A stretch of DNA of 64,000 nucleotides from a virus (taxonomy: Duplodnaviria > Caudoviricetes): the IMG/VR virus record IMGVR_UViG_3300030330_006525, positions 32,001 through 96,000 of that record; one strand, 5' to 3'. Below the pieces are notes generated by a model, which was not told the DNA's origin, searched no databases, and worked only from the letters and a program-made list of their open reading frames with translations. Both the position numbers and the translations under genes were made by a program. Positions 25,901 to 35,582 of the stretch are shown one piece after another (position 1 is the stretch's first letter; each line of letters begins with the position of its first letter).

Positions 25901-28900
25901 TTAAGCAAGTAATTTAAATGTTTTTCTGAACGCTCTTGAGCTGAAACCCCATTGTGCATTCCAATCAAGTTTCGCCATATATGGACGGTTGATAAAGATT
26001 CTATCCTTTTCAGGATTAACTCCCCAACACTTTATTGTTCTAAGCTCAGAATTAGAATCAATCACATGAACAATAAAGAAGTCTTTACCTTTCTTTGTTT
26101 TCTTTTTGATAACTTCTCTTGGAATAAACCAAGCAACCTTCAACATATTATCAAACTCACTGATGGGAGGAATGTGCAGCTCCTCTAATTTTTGCAACAA
26201 CTTATCATTCACAACCTTCTGCAAAGGGAAAAGGCCAGTTAAATCAACTAGATACTGAATCTTCTCTTCTTCTGTGAAGTCTCCTTCATCTTGATAGTCT
26301 TCGATATTTTGAGTTAGATTCTTTTCTTTTCTTGGTCTATCAACAGCAATTGCAGACCAAAAATGTTTGAGGCCTGTGAACCTATCATCAACTAAACAAT
26401 TTAATGCTTGACTTCTGGTCAGTACGTCTAACGCCTTCTTGTTCAGTTTACTGTAAACTATCTCTTCATGAAACAAGAAGTCCTCTATCTTGTGAAAGGG
26501 TCGATAGCTCAGTATTTGTTCAATAGCTTTTTCTCCCAAGCCCTTAATAGAAGTCAATGGCTGTATCAATGTTTTACCATCATCACTAATCTCCCAAGTA
26601 ACTCCAGAAGTATTGATGTTTAATCTAGCAATCTTAAAGTTAAAGCTCTTGGCTAAGTTAATTGCTTTTTCTTTTCTGCTGTCTGGTTCCTTATCTAAGA
26701 ATGCAGCCATCCATTCTGATGGATAGTAGTTAAACAACCAAGCACATTGATAGGATAGAACACAATAAGAAACAGCATGAGACTTGTTAAAACCATAGCC
26801 TGAAAAGTATTCAAACTTATCCCACATCTCTTTTGCTTGCCACTTCTGTAAGCCCTTCTCAACACAGCCATCACAAAACTTTTGCCATATCTTATCTTTC
26901 TGCTCTTGCACTTCACCAGTGCCCTTCTTTGTCAATAACTTTCTTAGCTTGTTCCCTTCATCTAGAGAAAGGTTCTTGCCTAACTTGTGAGCAAGCATAG
27001 CAATCTGCTCTTGAAAAATAAGGAATCCGTATGTCTCTTCTGTTACTTCCCGAACAATTTCGTTGAGATACTCAACATCTTCCGGATTACGTTTGGCATC
27101 AATGTATATCTTATCCACTCCAGCCGAGAGAGGACCAGGACGATAGATACTAGTAATAGCAGCCAAATCAATGATATTGTCTGGCTTAGCTCTTTTGCAG
27201 AAGCTTTGAGCGCCAGCTTCTGTGAACTGAAATATTCCTGCCCATTTTCCTTCATGAAATATATTCTCCCATACTTCTCTATTATTTAAGTCCAGCTTTT
27301 CTGGATCAAGATTCTCATCATAATACTTCTTAATGTCCTCAAACGTTGGATTCTCAACATTGTGATGTCGTCTAAGAATGTGGCTGATACAGTCCTCAAC
27401 CATTCTAAGAGATGCAAGACCCAAAATATCAAACTTAATAAAGCCCATTGGCTCAAGGTGTCGAACGTTTTGGCCCTCTGACCATGGAGTTTGTCTAACG
27501 CCACCACTATTAATTATAGGCATCCATTCATTCAAGTTCTCACCGACTACAACACCACCGGCATGACGACTGGCTGAACGTACTTGCCCATAAAGAGCTT
27601 CAATGTGAGTTTTGATGTGAGGATACTTATCAAGGAACTCAATCAAAGTCTTTGAGTATATCATAAGTTCCTCAAAGGTTGGAGTATAAACCCCAGCTGT
27701 AATACCGTGCGCCTGCTTTGCAAGTGGTGTGGCTTCATAAAACATTCGGTTTGTAACTGAATTAACCTCTGTGAATGGAACACCATAAAACTTTGAGATG
27801 TCCTTAACCAAAGAGCGCAATTGCAAAGTATTCCAGTTGGTTATAGGAACAACTGTATTGTCACCCCACTCTTTAATAAGCTGTTCTTTAAGTGTCATTG
27901 GGTCCGAAACATCGTAATCGATATCAGGATAGCCAGAACCACCTTTTGTTAAAAAACGCTCAAATTGTAGGTCGTAACGGATGGGGTCTATCTGGGTAAT
28001 ACCCAAGGCATAGGACACTAGAGAACCCGCCGCAGAGCCCCGTCCTGGGCCTACCAACTGCCTATCTAGGGCTCTATCTGAGATAGCTTTCATAGTCAGA
28101 AAGTACTTGCTGAAACCTCTTTCTTCAATAACTGCAACCTCATATTTAAGCCTTTCGATATAGTTCTTTTTATTAATAAAACCACGACGTCTGGCACCTT
28201 CAATAGACATTTGAACAAGAGCTGAACCAGCAGTGTGTCCTTCTGGAACTACAAAGTCTGGAAGACGAACTGTATCATCAGGCAGAAAAGTATCTATCAT
28301 ATTATGAGCAATGTCATATGTGTTTGTGATAGACTTCATTACCAGTTCGTCATCGTAATCTGCTTTAACTTCTTTTGAGTATTTCTTGTAAGACTCCCAC
28401 ATCTGGTCGCCATTCTTTGGGTACAATTCATAACCAACTTCATCAACAGAAATAGGAAGCTCGTCTGTCATCCACTCTGGTTTGCTTTTGCCCAAGAAAC
28501 CAAGGCGTTTGTAAAGCTCTCTGTCTTTCCACGCTTCTGGGCTATAGTAGTGACTATCTGCAGTGGAGATTAATCTAATACCAAATTCACGATGCATCTG
28601 GATTATATACCTGTTTAGTTCGTGTTGCTCCGGAGCACTGTTCCACTGCAATTCACCAAACCACCGGTCACCAAAAATGTTGACCATGTTTTGGGTTACT
28701 TCTCTCATTGCTTCAACAATGGCGTCGGGACCTGAGTCTCTGTTTTCCCAATAACATCCGGCATATACACCACCCAAACAAGCACTAGCAGCAATGACAC
28801 CTTCGCTGTGCTTCTTAAGATCTTTATAATCAATTCTAGGAAACCTATAGAAGTTATCATTGCTGTAAGATTTCGAGACTAGCTTAAATATATTCTTTAG

Positions 28901-29302
28901 ACCAGTCTGGTTTTGTGCTAAAAGAATTAGATGGCGACGACGATTAAGAAGACTTTTAATAGCCTTCTTTGATTCACCCTCGTCTTCAACCACAGTACCA
29001 TTTACTTTATCTTTCTTAGAAGATTTATTTTCTTCGTACTGCTCTTTCCATTTGTGCAGAGAAGGAATAAAGTAAGCCTCTAAACCAAAAATAGGCTTGA
29101 ACTTCTTGCCCTCTTTTTGCATCTTCTTTGCATGCAAAACCTGATAGGCTAAACCATTACAGTTACCATGGTCAGTAAGTGCCAAAGCGTCCATTCCATT
29201 TTCATATGCAAAATCCATGTGGTCCTGTGGATAACCCAATGCATCGAACAAAGAACCAGCGACTGAATGGGCATGAAGCCCGACAAAAGGTATACTACTC
29301 AA
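25901..29302 (-). CDS. dnaE: DNA polymerase III alpha-like (family C) with PHP domain
   Basis: LHAHS, ALTDHG, ADSHY, GPGRGSAAGSLV, PDIDYD, HAGGVV, KFDILGL, RPGP, FQEQ, GYGFNKSHA. Confidence 0.97.
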   Translation of the reverse strand: MSSIPFVGLHAHSVAGSLFDALGYPQDHMDFAYENGMDALALTDHGNCNGLAYQVLHAKKMQKEGKKFKPIFGLEAYFIPSLHKWKEQYEENKSSKKDKVNGTVVEDEGESKKAIKSLLNRRRHLILLAQNQTGLKNIFKLVSKSYSNDNFYRFPRIDYKDLKKHSEGVIAASACLGGVYAGCYWENRDSGPDAIVEAMREVTQNMVNIFGDRWFGELQWNSAPEQHELNRYIIQMHREFGIRLISTADSHYYSPEAWKDRELYKRLGFLGKSKPEWMTDELPISVDEVGYELYPKNGDQMWESYKKYSKEVKADYDDELVMKSITNTYDIAHNMIDTFLPDDTVRLPDFVVPEGHTAGSALVQMSIEGARRRGFINKKNYIERLKYEVAVIEERGFSKYFLTMKAISDRALDRQLVGPGRGSAAGSLVSYALGITQIDPIRYDLQFERFLTKGGSGYPDIDYDVSDPMTLKEQLIKEWGDNTVVPITNWNTLQLRSLVKDISKFYGVPFTEVNSVTNRMFYEATPLAKQAHGITAGVYTPTFEELMIYSKTLIEFLDKYPHIKTHIEALYGQVRSASRHAGGVVVGENLNEWMPIINSGGVRQTPWSEGQNVRHLEPMGFIKFDILGLASLRMVEDCISHILRRHHNVENPTFEDIKKYYDENLDPEKLDLNNREVWENIFHEGKWAGIFQFTEAGAQSFCKRAKPDNIIDLAAITSIYRPGPLSAGVDKIYIDAKRNPEDVEYLNEIVREVTEETYGFLIFQEQIAMLAHKLGKNLSLDEGNKLRKLLTKKGTGEVQEQKDKIWQKFCDGCVEKGLQKWQAKEMWDKFEYFSGYGFNKSHAVSYCVLSYQCAWLFNYYPSEWMAAFLDKEPDSRKEKAINLAKSFNFKIARLNINTSGVTWEISDDGKTLIQPLTSIKGLGEKAIEQILSYRPFHKIEDFLFHEEIVYSKLNKKALDVLTRSQALNCLVDDRFTGLKHFWSAIAVDRPRKEKNLTQNIEDYQDEGDFTEEEKIQYLVDLTGLFPLQKVVNDKLLQKLEELHIPPISEFDNMLKVAWFIPREVIKKKTKKGKDFFIVHVIDSNSELRTIKCWGVNPEKDRIFINRPYMAKLDWNAQWGFSSRAFRKTFKLLA

Positions 29303-30107
29303 AACTTATTCTCCCATACTTCTTTCTTTGAAATTGAACTGACGGACGTTTTAAAGGATTGTTGTTGATGCCTTGAACCCAAGATTCCCAAGTTTCGAGA
29401 TTGTAGTACCAATCAACTTCCAAACGTTCATCTTTATTAATATTATCACAAATAAATATTTTGGCAAGTGTTAAATCGCTACTATCCTTAAATTTTTTTT
29501 TCAATTGATAAACATAATTTTTCCATTGTTCAGGGGTTATCGTGAAGCCCAAGTAACAGTCGTCCGAAACTGTTTTGTCTTGATAGGATATAAAGAATCT
29601 TTCTGATGTTCTTATTCTATCGCGGTGCTTTAAAACACATTCTGGATTGTAAATCCCAAACGGAAAAGCAACATAATATTTTGTTGGCATGGTCCATTTT
29701 GAAATGCGACTGCAGCACATGAAGCTTGTTAGCGCACCATGAAGAACACTCCAGCCGTAGCTAGACCTGCGGTCTCTATCGCGAGGATGTATTGGTACAT
29801 AGAATATAGGAACCTTTTTTCTGTTATCATCTGGATATCTAGTAAACTTTGCTTTATCATAATTAACTGGGTCATAAACCCATTCTCCTATTTGCTTTTT
29901 TATAAGTGGCTGAAAGTCGTCTTCGCATACAATCCATATTGTTTTTGCGCCGGCACATGCACACTCCCAAACCGCTCTTTCAACTGCTGTAAAATCTGGG
30001 CCGACAGGCGTTAAGCAGTCATGCCATTGAAAGTTTAGCTTGCACTCATAATTAGATACCGGAACTATTCCTGCAATGTGGAAGTTGTTATTGGACTCTT
30101 CAATCAT
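29295..30107 (-). CDS. Sugar-nucleotidyltransferase-fold protein, apparently degenerate
   Basis: IAGIVPV...CLTPVG...AVERAVWECACAGAKTIWIV; canonical GxGTR absent. Confidence 0.6.
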   Translation of the reverse strand: MIEESNNNFHIAGIVPVSNYECKLNFQWHDCLTPVGPDFTAVERAVWECACAGAKTIWIVCEDDFQPLIKKQIGEWVYDPVNYDKAKFTRYPDDNRKKVPIFYVPIHPRDRDRRSSYGWSVLHGALTSFMCCSRISKWTMPTKYYVAFPFGIYNPECVLKHRDRIRTSERFFISYQDKTVSDDCYLGFTITPEQWKNYVYQLKKKFKDSSDLTLAKIFICDNINKDERLEVDWYYNLETWESWVQGINNNPLKRPSVQFQRKKYGRISFE

Positions 30108-30768
30108 AAAACTTGATTTTTTTACTGTTCTTGTACTTTGGTTTGTTTGATAGCTTCTTTTCTCTTTTGACAGATTCTAATTTAATAATCTCTGCATATT
30201 CATCTGATAAATATTCCTCACAATAAAACTTAACCATCGTTAAGCAATATTCAAAATCATTTATAAATTTTGACGGGACCTTAGATTTAACAACAATGTC
30301 CTTGAAATTAGGATCATAATCTACTCTGTTCGATTTGTAAAATATAATTTCGCCAATAAAAGAATCGGATATCTTTATAGAATCAACGTCTGAAAAGTCT
30401 GTACCCTGCTTAACTTCAAGCCAATCTATGGTTGTAAATACACTGTTATCGTGACTGATTAATTGGTTGTCTTCAACAACTAAGTTATCATAATCAAATA
30501 TATGACATTCACTATACTCATATTTGTAGTTCCCCATTTTAGAATTTACTTTAATAAACTCTTCAGTTATACGAATAGTGTCTATCTCGCCATGATATAT
30601 ATCTCGACCTGAAAGGCCTAAATGAAACAGCTTCTTATGCCATGCTTCTTTGTGTTTCTCATAGATTGATGGACTAACTGCTGTGTTTCTTATAAGAGAT
30701 GCTTGTTCTTTCTCCACAAACTCTAATGATTTTAAGGAGTTACCAATTACAACTTTTTCTAAAAACAT
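30100..30768 (-). CDS. Hypothetical protein with degenerate Rossmann-like N-terminus
   Basis: Start MFLEKVVIGNSLKSLEF; resembles an eroded FAD-binding beta-alpha unit. Confidence 0.45.
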   Translation of the reverse strand: MFLEKVVIGNSLKSLEFVEKEQASLIRNTAVSPSIYEKHKEAWHKKLFHLGLSGRDIYHGEIDTIRITEEFIKVNSKMGNYKYEYSECHIFDYDNLVVEDNQLISHDNSVFTTIDWLEVKQGTDFSDVDSIKISDSFIGEIIFYKSNRVDYDPNFKDIVVKSKVPSKFINDFEYCLTMVKFYCEEYLSDEYAEIIKLESVKREKKLSNKPKYKNSKKIKFYD

Positions 30769-33008
30769 AAAAGTAACTGGTAATTGTAGTGATAACTGGC
30801 TGTATAAAGTGCGGCGTCCTGTGGTTCGTACTGTGCTTGCTCCTCCTCTGCAGGACCCAAACAAGCCTCATCGATAATGGACATCAAGTTTTCATACATT
30901 TGGTTTTGATTCCATGTTAACTCAAACTCGCTACCTCCAGTTTCATTTGCCCATTGTGCCCAGTTACCAGAGTTGTATGAAGTTATAAAGGTATAGAGCT
31001 TAAATCTTGTTATACCTGCCAAAGTATGACTTATTACTTCCGGGCCAATTTCCGGACGCAACCATGATTGGTCTGGTTCGTCAGAAAAGACAATTACAAT
31101 CTTGTCTACATTCTCTCTCCAGTTAATCTTAAACTCATCCTTGCTAGGTGTTGATGCGGTATTACAGCACCAATCAACTACGCCGACATTAAAAATAGCA
31201 TTTGAAGAAATATCTTTCACAGATAAGTATAGAGCATCTCTAAGCATTTCGGTGCTTGTATCCATTCTATCTGAATTTAAAGCAGCAAAAGCTGACAAGA
31301 AATCTTCGAAAGGCGCGATATCTGAAATTAAATATAGCCTTTCCCTTTCCATGTCGTCTGACCTTGGGCCAACAACCAAGCCCCATTGTAGCTTACCTTC
31401 ATCTTGAAACTGGGATGCAAACCTGTTTAGCGCTGAACGGACAGCAGCTATTTCGTCGTCCATAGAGCCAGACCAATCAATGATAAACAAGATATCCGTA
31501 TCTTTAATCTCTTCCCCATAGTCTGTTACACCGTCGCAATCGTTGTCGGCTGCATCACAAACCTCTTGAGATGGAACGATTTCATCTTTACAGAGGTCTC
31601 TCTGAAAGTTGTCCCATCTGTCCATATTGCCCCATTGACCTTGGTTACATATCATGCTCCCAGCCTTACAAACTCCAACATCCAGAGTTTCACTTGGTCC
31701 AGTATAACAAGCAACCAGTAATTCTTCGTCAACAGACTGGTCGCAATCTTCATCAAAATTATTGCAGATTTCATTTTGAACTTCCATACCTGCATATTGG
31801 TCGCACTCTTGGTCTGCCAGTGTAGCTAGCTGAGCACAGAGAGCAAGACACTCGGACATAGTTAAGCTGGTACATTCAGGTGGGTCATTGCACTCGCAGG
31901 TTTTAAATCCCTGGCCACATCTTAGTGGTGGTTCAGAACAAGGTATTAAAACCCCTACGTCCTGTACTGTACACTCGCAATTGAGACCCTCATCAATTAG
32001 CCCATCGCAATCTTGGTCAACACCATCACATGGATCAACTTCTTCTACTGGCTGGGCAACTGTACAAGATATCCAATTGCCAAAGGAACAGGTCTCTAAG
32101 CCGACACCACAAGCTGTTTCGCATTCTCTAACCAGCTCTTCATCAATTTGTCCGTCGCAGTCATCGTCGATACCATTGCATTCATCTGCTGGAACTGCGC
32201 CGCACTTGTCACATTCGTTTCGCTGACCTTCGTCAACTTGGCCATCACAGTCGTTATCTTCATAATCACATACTTCTTCTCCTGGAGATGCAGCATCGCA
32301 ATCAATTATTTGTGCATCAACACAGAATCCCCAACCCATACCACATTCGTTTTCACATAGAAACCTTCCTTCATCGACCCTATTATCACAGTCATTGTCC
32401 TCTCCATCACAAGATTCATCCTGACAAGGCTGGCAAGGACCGTGGATTAAATTACCTTTTCTGCAAAGAACCCTTTGCTTACCAAATCGACCATCAGCTA
32501 ATTCGCAATCAAACCACTCGATTTGACTAGTCTCTGTGTTTGGTGGGCATTCGAAAGCTAGTTCACACTCTTCACGTCGTATGATTTGTGGTGGAGGACA
32601 ACCCTCATCTAGTCCGAAATCACAAGGCTGGCTTGTTTCATCACAAACTGAAACTGTGACCCTAGAACGATGAATCTGATTATCGGGACGAGGAGGGCAA
32701 TACCACTGCTGTTGTTCGCAACACTGTGGGTTACAAGTACAGTAAAGCTCAAAGTCTGCAGGGTCTTCGTCACCCTCACAGTCGCTAGTAAACCCAACCT
32801 CACTAACTGGTGGTAGGTCTGTGCCGCCTGATTCTAAAGGAGTAAAAACATCAATTGGCACAGTACCACCCGAAGACTCTACTTGCGAACCAGCAATAGT
32901 TTGAATTGATAGAGTTGGCGCTGGTTCAGAACTAGTGTCTATATACGCAGACTCTGGTGTCTTATCTTTACATCCAAGCAAAAAGATTACAACTAGTAAA
33001 TATCTCAT
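30759..33008 (-). CDS. Lipoprotein with Cys-rich CDGxDNDCDGxxDEG repeats and C-terminal vWA domain
   Basis: Start MRYLLVVIFLLG-C lipobox; about six CxxxDxDCDxxxDE repeats; DILFIIDWSGSM MIDAS, VFSDE. Confidence 0.88.
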   Translation of the reverse strand: MRYLLVVIFLLGCKDKTPESAYIDTSSEPAPTLSIQTIAGSQVESSGGTVPIDVFTPLESGGTDLPPVSEVGFTSDCEGDEDPADFELYCTCNPQCCEQQQWYCPPRPDNQIHRSRVTVSVCDETSQPCDFGLDEGCPPPQIIRREECELAFECPPNTETSQIEWFDCELADGRFGKQRVLCRKGNLIHGPCQPCQDESCDGEDNDCDNRVDEGRFLCENECGMGWGFCVDAQIIDCDAASPGEEVCDYEDNDCDGQVDEGQRNECDKCGAVPADECNGIDDDCDGQIDEELVRECETACGVGLETCSFGNWISCTVAQPVEEVDPCDGVDQDCDGLIDEGLNCECTVQDVGVLIPCSEPPLRCGQGFKTCECNDPPECTSLTMSECLALCAQLATLADQECDQYAGMEVQNEICNNFDEDCDQSVDEELLVACYTGPSETLDVGVCKAGSMICNQGQWGNMDRWDNFQRDLCKDEIVPSQEVCDAADNDCDGVTDYGEEIKDTDILFIIDWSGSMDDEIAAVRSALNRFASQFQDEGKLQWGLVVGPRSDDMERERLYLISDIAPFEDFLSAFAALNSDRMDTSTEMLRDALYLSVKDISSNAIFNVGVVDWCCNTASTPSKDEFKINWRENVDKIVIVFSDEPDQSWLRPEIGPEVISHTLAGITRFKLYTFITSYNSGNWAQWANETGGSEFELTWNQNQMYENLMSIIDEACLGPAEEEQAQYEPQDAALYTASYHYNYQLLLCF

Positions 33009-33010
33009 CT

Positions 33011-33718
33011 TTACTCCATGTGTACTTTCTTGTATGCCTCCACTGAATGTGGAAAATATTCTTGTGCTATCTTTAAACAAGCGTTTGCCACCTTTTGTAT
33101 TTCCCATTGAGCACCAGCATGTGTTCTTAAAGACACAAACTTTAAAAGGTTGTGCAGATTGACTGTGCCATAATATTCTGTATATAGATTCTGTGGTAAG
33201 ACACCTCTTGCTTGCTCCCTACACACTCCAGCCTTCAACATTGAATTGTAAAGAGACAAAGAGATTGCATGATGATTTTTGACCATGTTAGTTGCTGGAC
33301 CTGTCATTTCAAAGGAATCATCATGACCGCTACAATAAACAATTGGGTTAGTAAGCAGTTCAGTACTAGCTTGCCTATTAGACTCGTGTTGAGATCTAAA
33401 CGAAGTTGGTGTATAGAACTTCATATCGATACTAGTATACCTTCTGCTAATTTCATTGTAAGCCCACGTTCTGTGCCTATGGTGCTGGCTCCTTATGAAA
33501 AGAGGAACAGTGAAGCGGAACGTAATACTACAATGCTCAAAAGGACTAGTATGGTTGTGAGACATAAGGTAGTTAATGAGCTTAATATCTTTATCATTTA
33601 GTTTCTCCTTTTCTTTTCCAAAACTTACACGGGCAGCATTAACCACAGATAGGTCTGAACCCATGTGGTCTATGTATTCAACTGCACCGACTTTATCATC
33701 AAACAATTCAATTTTCAT
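33011..33718 (-). CDS. thyX: Flavin-dependent thymidylate synthase
   Basis: AARVS, HTSPFEH, RHR...NEISRRY, REQARGVLP, AQWEI. Confidence 0.96.
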   Translation of the reverse strand: MKIELFDDKVGAVEYIDHMGSDLSVVNAARVSFGKEKEKLNDKDIKLINYLMSHNHTSPFEHCSITFRFTVPLFIRSQHHRHRTWAYNEISRRYTSIDMKFYTPTSFRSQHESNRQASTELLTNPIVYCSGHDDSFEMTGPATNMVKNHHAISLSLYNSMLKAGVCREQARGVLPQNLYTEYYGTVNLHNLLKFVSLRTHAGAQWEIQKVANACLKIAQEYFPHSVEAYKKVHME

Positions 33719-33719
33719 T

Positions 33720-34040
33720 TTATCCTCTCAATAATCCAACTACATAATTCTCCAGTATTAGATAGAAACTCTTTCCCTTATAAGGTATTTCTTCTATCAT
33801 TGCGGAATCAACTATAATATCTCTTCCGTGCGGCATCATATCTTTTCCATATATCTTGTATGTTTCATTGCAATCAGATGCTACATCGACTACTGTTGCC
33901 ACAACGTGACGCATGCCCTCTTTACGAGTATTATCTTCTGGTAAAAAGATACCTGATTCTGTTTTATCTTCTTTCTTTGCAAAGTGGGGCACAATCAATA
34001 GATGGCGATTGACTGGCTTAAACTCTGTTAATTCAAACAA
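33720..34040 (-). CDS. GroES-like co-chaperonin
   Basis: FKPVNRHLLI...KTESGIFLP...ATVVDV...YLILENYVVG. Confidence 0.8.
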   Translation of the reverse strand: MFELTEFKPVNRHLLIVPHFAKKEDKTESGIFLPEDNTRKEGMRHVVATVVDVASDCNETYKIYGKDMMPHGRDIIVDSAMIEEIPYKGKSFYLILENYVVGLLRG

Positions 34041-34311
34041 TTTCCAAAGTCCCCTTTATAGATTTCTTTAGATTATTGAAATATTCTAGAAGCTCATCCA
34101 AGTCAGTGTCAGACTTCATCAAACGGTAAGCCTTGACTGCCATCCTCATCTCTTCCTTGGAGAGCCAACTATTGTCAGCGTATTCTTCTCTGAGTTCTTT
34201 CTTCTGTTCCTTGAAAGGCTCCATCGCAGTTTCAATTGCGATTAGAGTCTTAATAAAATTAGCTACGTGCTGCTCCTTTGTATAGAGAGCTTCCTTTCTT
34301 GTGAATGTCAT
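34033..34311 (-). CDS. Small dsDNA-binding protein, T4 DsbA/GapR-like
   Basis: FIKTLIAIE...KEQKKELREEY...KEEMRMAVKAYR helical pattern. Confidence 0.55.
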   Translation of the reverse strand: MTFTRKEALYTKEQHVANFIKTLIAIETAMEPFKEQKKELREEYADNSWLSKEEMRMAVKAYRLMKSDTDLDELLEYFNNLKKSIKGTLEIV

Positions 34312-34361
34312 ACAACCTCCTTTATTGTCTTTTAATATATTAATTCACTATTGATAATTTG

Positions 34362-35417
34362 TCAAGCACTTTTTTTGATTTTTGCTTGGCTTGAATGATT
34401 CTCTTTTTTATAGATGACAACTTGATTGACGTTCTTTTTGTTGTAATCAACAACCGTTAAGTCCCACTTTGGAATACCATCTAGAAATTCATATGTCCCT
34501 CTGGCAACCATTTGCCGCCACTTAAGGTCTTTCTCTTTTGGGTAAACGCCTTTCCCTATCTTCCAAGTAGTTTGTTCAGCTTTCTTGAGCATCTTCTCGG
34601 CTTTCTTACTAAGAGGATAAATATATCGAAACATCTTGCCCTTTATCTTTTTCATACCCTTGTGATTCATAAATTCTGGTGTTAGCCAGAAAACTTGTCG
34701 TTTGGGTGCCTTAATTTTTTCAGTAGGCAGCTTGTGCCTTTCTGGAATCCTAAGACTCCCTCCGCTTGAAAACAGCTTTTGATTAAAGTTGTCTTTAAAC
34801 TCTTGTTTAAATCCAATAGAGTTACTGTCATAATGCCATTTCCAATTCTCTTTGCAAAGCTCTCTGGTTGTTCTAGGGTGAACTTTCTCGCCTTTTGCTG
34901 ACATATAACTATCTGTCCAATATTCACCACCATAATGAAAGTTAGCAGCCTGATAAACATATCCGCACTTTCCCATAATCCCATCGGCTAAAGTATAAAG
35001 AAAAGAAACTTCTGATTCCAAAGGCATTTCTTCTTCGTTTCTTTTCTTGGCTTGCATATTCTGATGTCTTACCTTTGAATTGTTTTTCCGAACTCTTTGA
35101 TTCCTCTCTTTCAGCCACCCGACCAATTGAGATATCATTTGTGTTTCAGAGTTTCTTGGTTCAGAATCTAACATACACATCTTGCCAATTTCATAATAAT
35201 CACCAGATGTTAAATCCTTATTAACTATCTTTTGGATCGTATGTTTTGGCTTTGTTCCCCAACCCAGAGTAATAGCTCCGACCATCTCTTCTCCTTTAAA
35301 AACACCAAGCCAGTGCTTTGTAAGTTTTGGCATGACAGGAGAATAATGATTCTTCTGAACCAATTCAATAACTTCTTTCTTTGGAACTTCTCTAATTTGA
35401 TATTTTTTGGTGGACAT
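34362..35417 (-). CDS. Mom-family (GNAT-fold) DNA modification enzyme
   Basis: KNHYS, VGAITLG, EIGKMC, PRNSETQMIS, YTLADG..G..GYVYQAANFHYGG. Confidence 0.8.
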   Translation of the reverse strand: MSTKKYQIREVPKKEVIELVQKNHYSPVMPKLTKHWLGVFKGEEMVGAITLGWGTKPKHTIQKIVNKDLTSGDYYEIGKMCMLDSEPRNSETQMISQLVGWLKERNQRVRKNNSKVRHQNMQAKKRNEEEMPLESEVSFLYTLADGIMGKCGYVYQAANFHYGGEYWTDSYMSAKGEKVHPRTTRELCKENWKWHYDSNSIGFKQEFKDNFNQKLFSSGGSLRIPERHKLPTEKIKAPKRQVFWLTPEFMNHKGMKKIKGKMFRYIYPLSKKAEKMLKKAEQTTWKIGKGVYPKEKDLKWRQMVARGTYEFLDGIPKWDLTVVDYNKKNVNQVVIYKKENHSSQAKIKKSA

Positions 35418-35447
35418 CTACAACCTTTCATATGATATGTGTGTTAT

Positions 35448-35476
35448 ATTATACAAAATTTTACGAGATTTGTAAA
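35448..35476 (-). promoter_or_regulatory. Sigma70-like promoter TTTACA-N17-TATAAT for the Mom-like gene
   Basis: Intergenic. Confidence 0.7.
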
Positions 35477-35490
35477 GAAAAAAAAGGATA

Positions 35491-35562
35491 AGCCCAAGGC
35501 AGGATTCGAACCTGCAATCTCTTCACTGGTCATGAAGCACCCTACCTTTGGGTTACTTGGGC
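35491..35562 (-). ncRNA. tRNA-like cloverleaf with non-canonical anticodon loop TGACCAG (nominal ACC, G at position 33), no CCA
   Basis: GCCCAAG/CTTGGGC, ACCC/GGGT, CTTCA/TGAAG, GCAGG-TTCGAAT-CCTGC all pair perfectly. Confidence 0.8.
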
Positions 35563-35582
35563 TTAATCCCTTTTTGGGATGA

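Noticed and set aside
30759-33107. ORF-track starts for several genes (33107, 30864, 41385, 907, 1115, 2038, 9819, 12504, 18026)
   Set aside because: They overlap upstream genes or promoters; downstream starts have SD sites, coupling or a signal peptide and were used instead.
35491-35562. Ordinary tRNA-Gly or tRNA-Trp
   Set aside because: G33 and the ACC triplet are non-canonical; reading CCA needs an off-centre loop. Kept as tRNA-like ncRNA.
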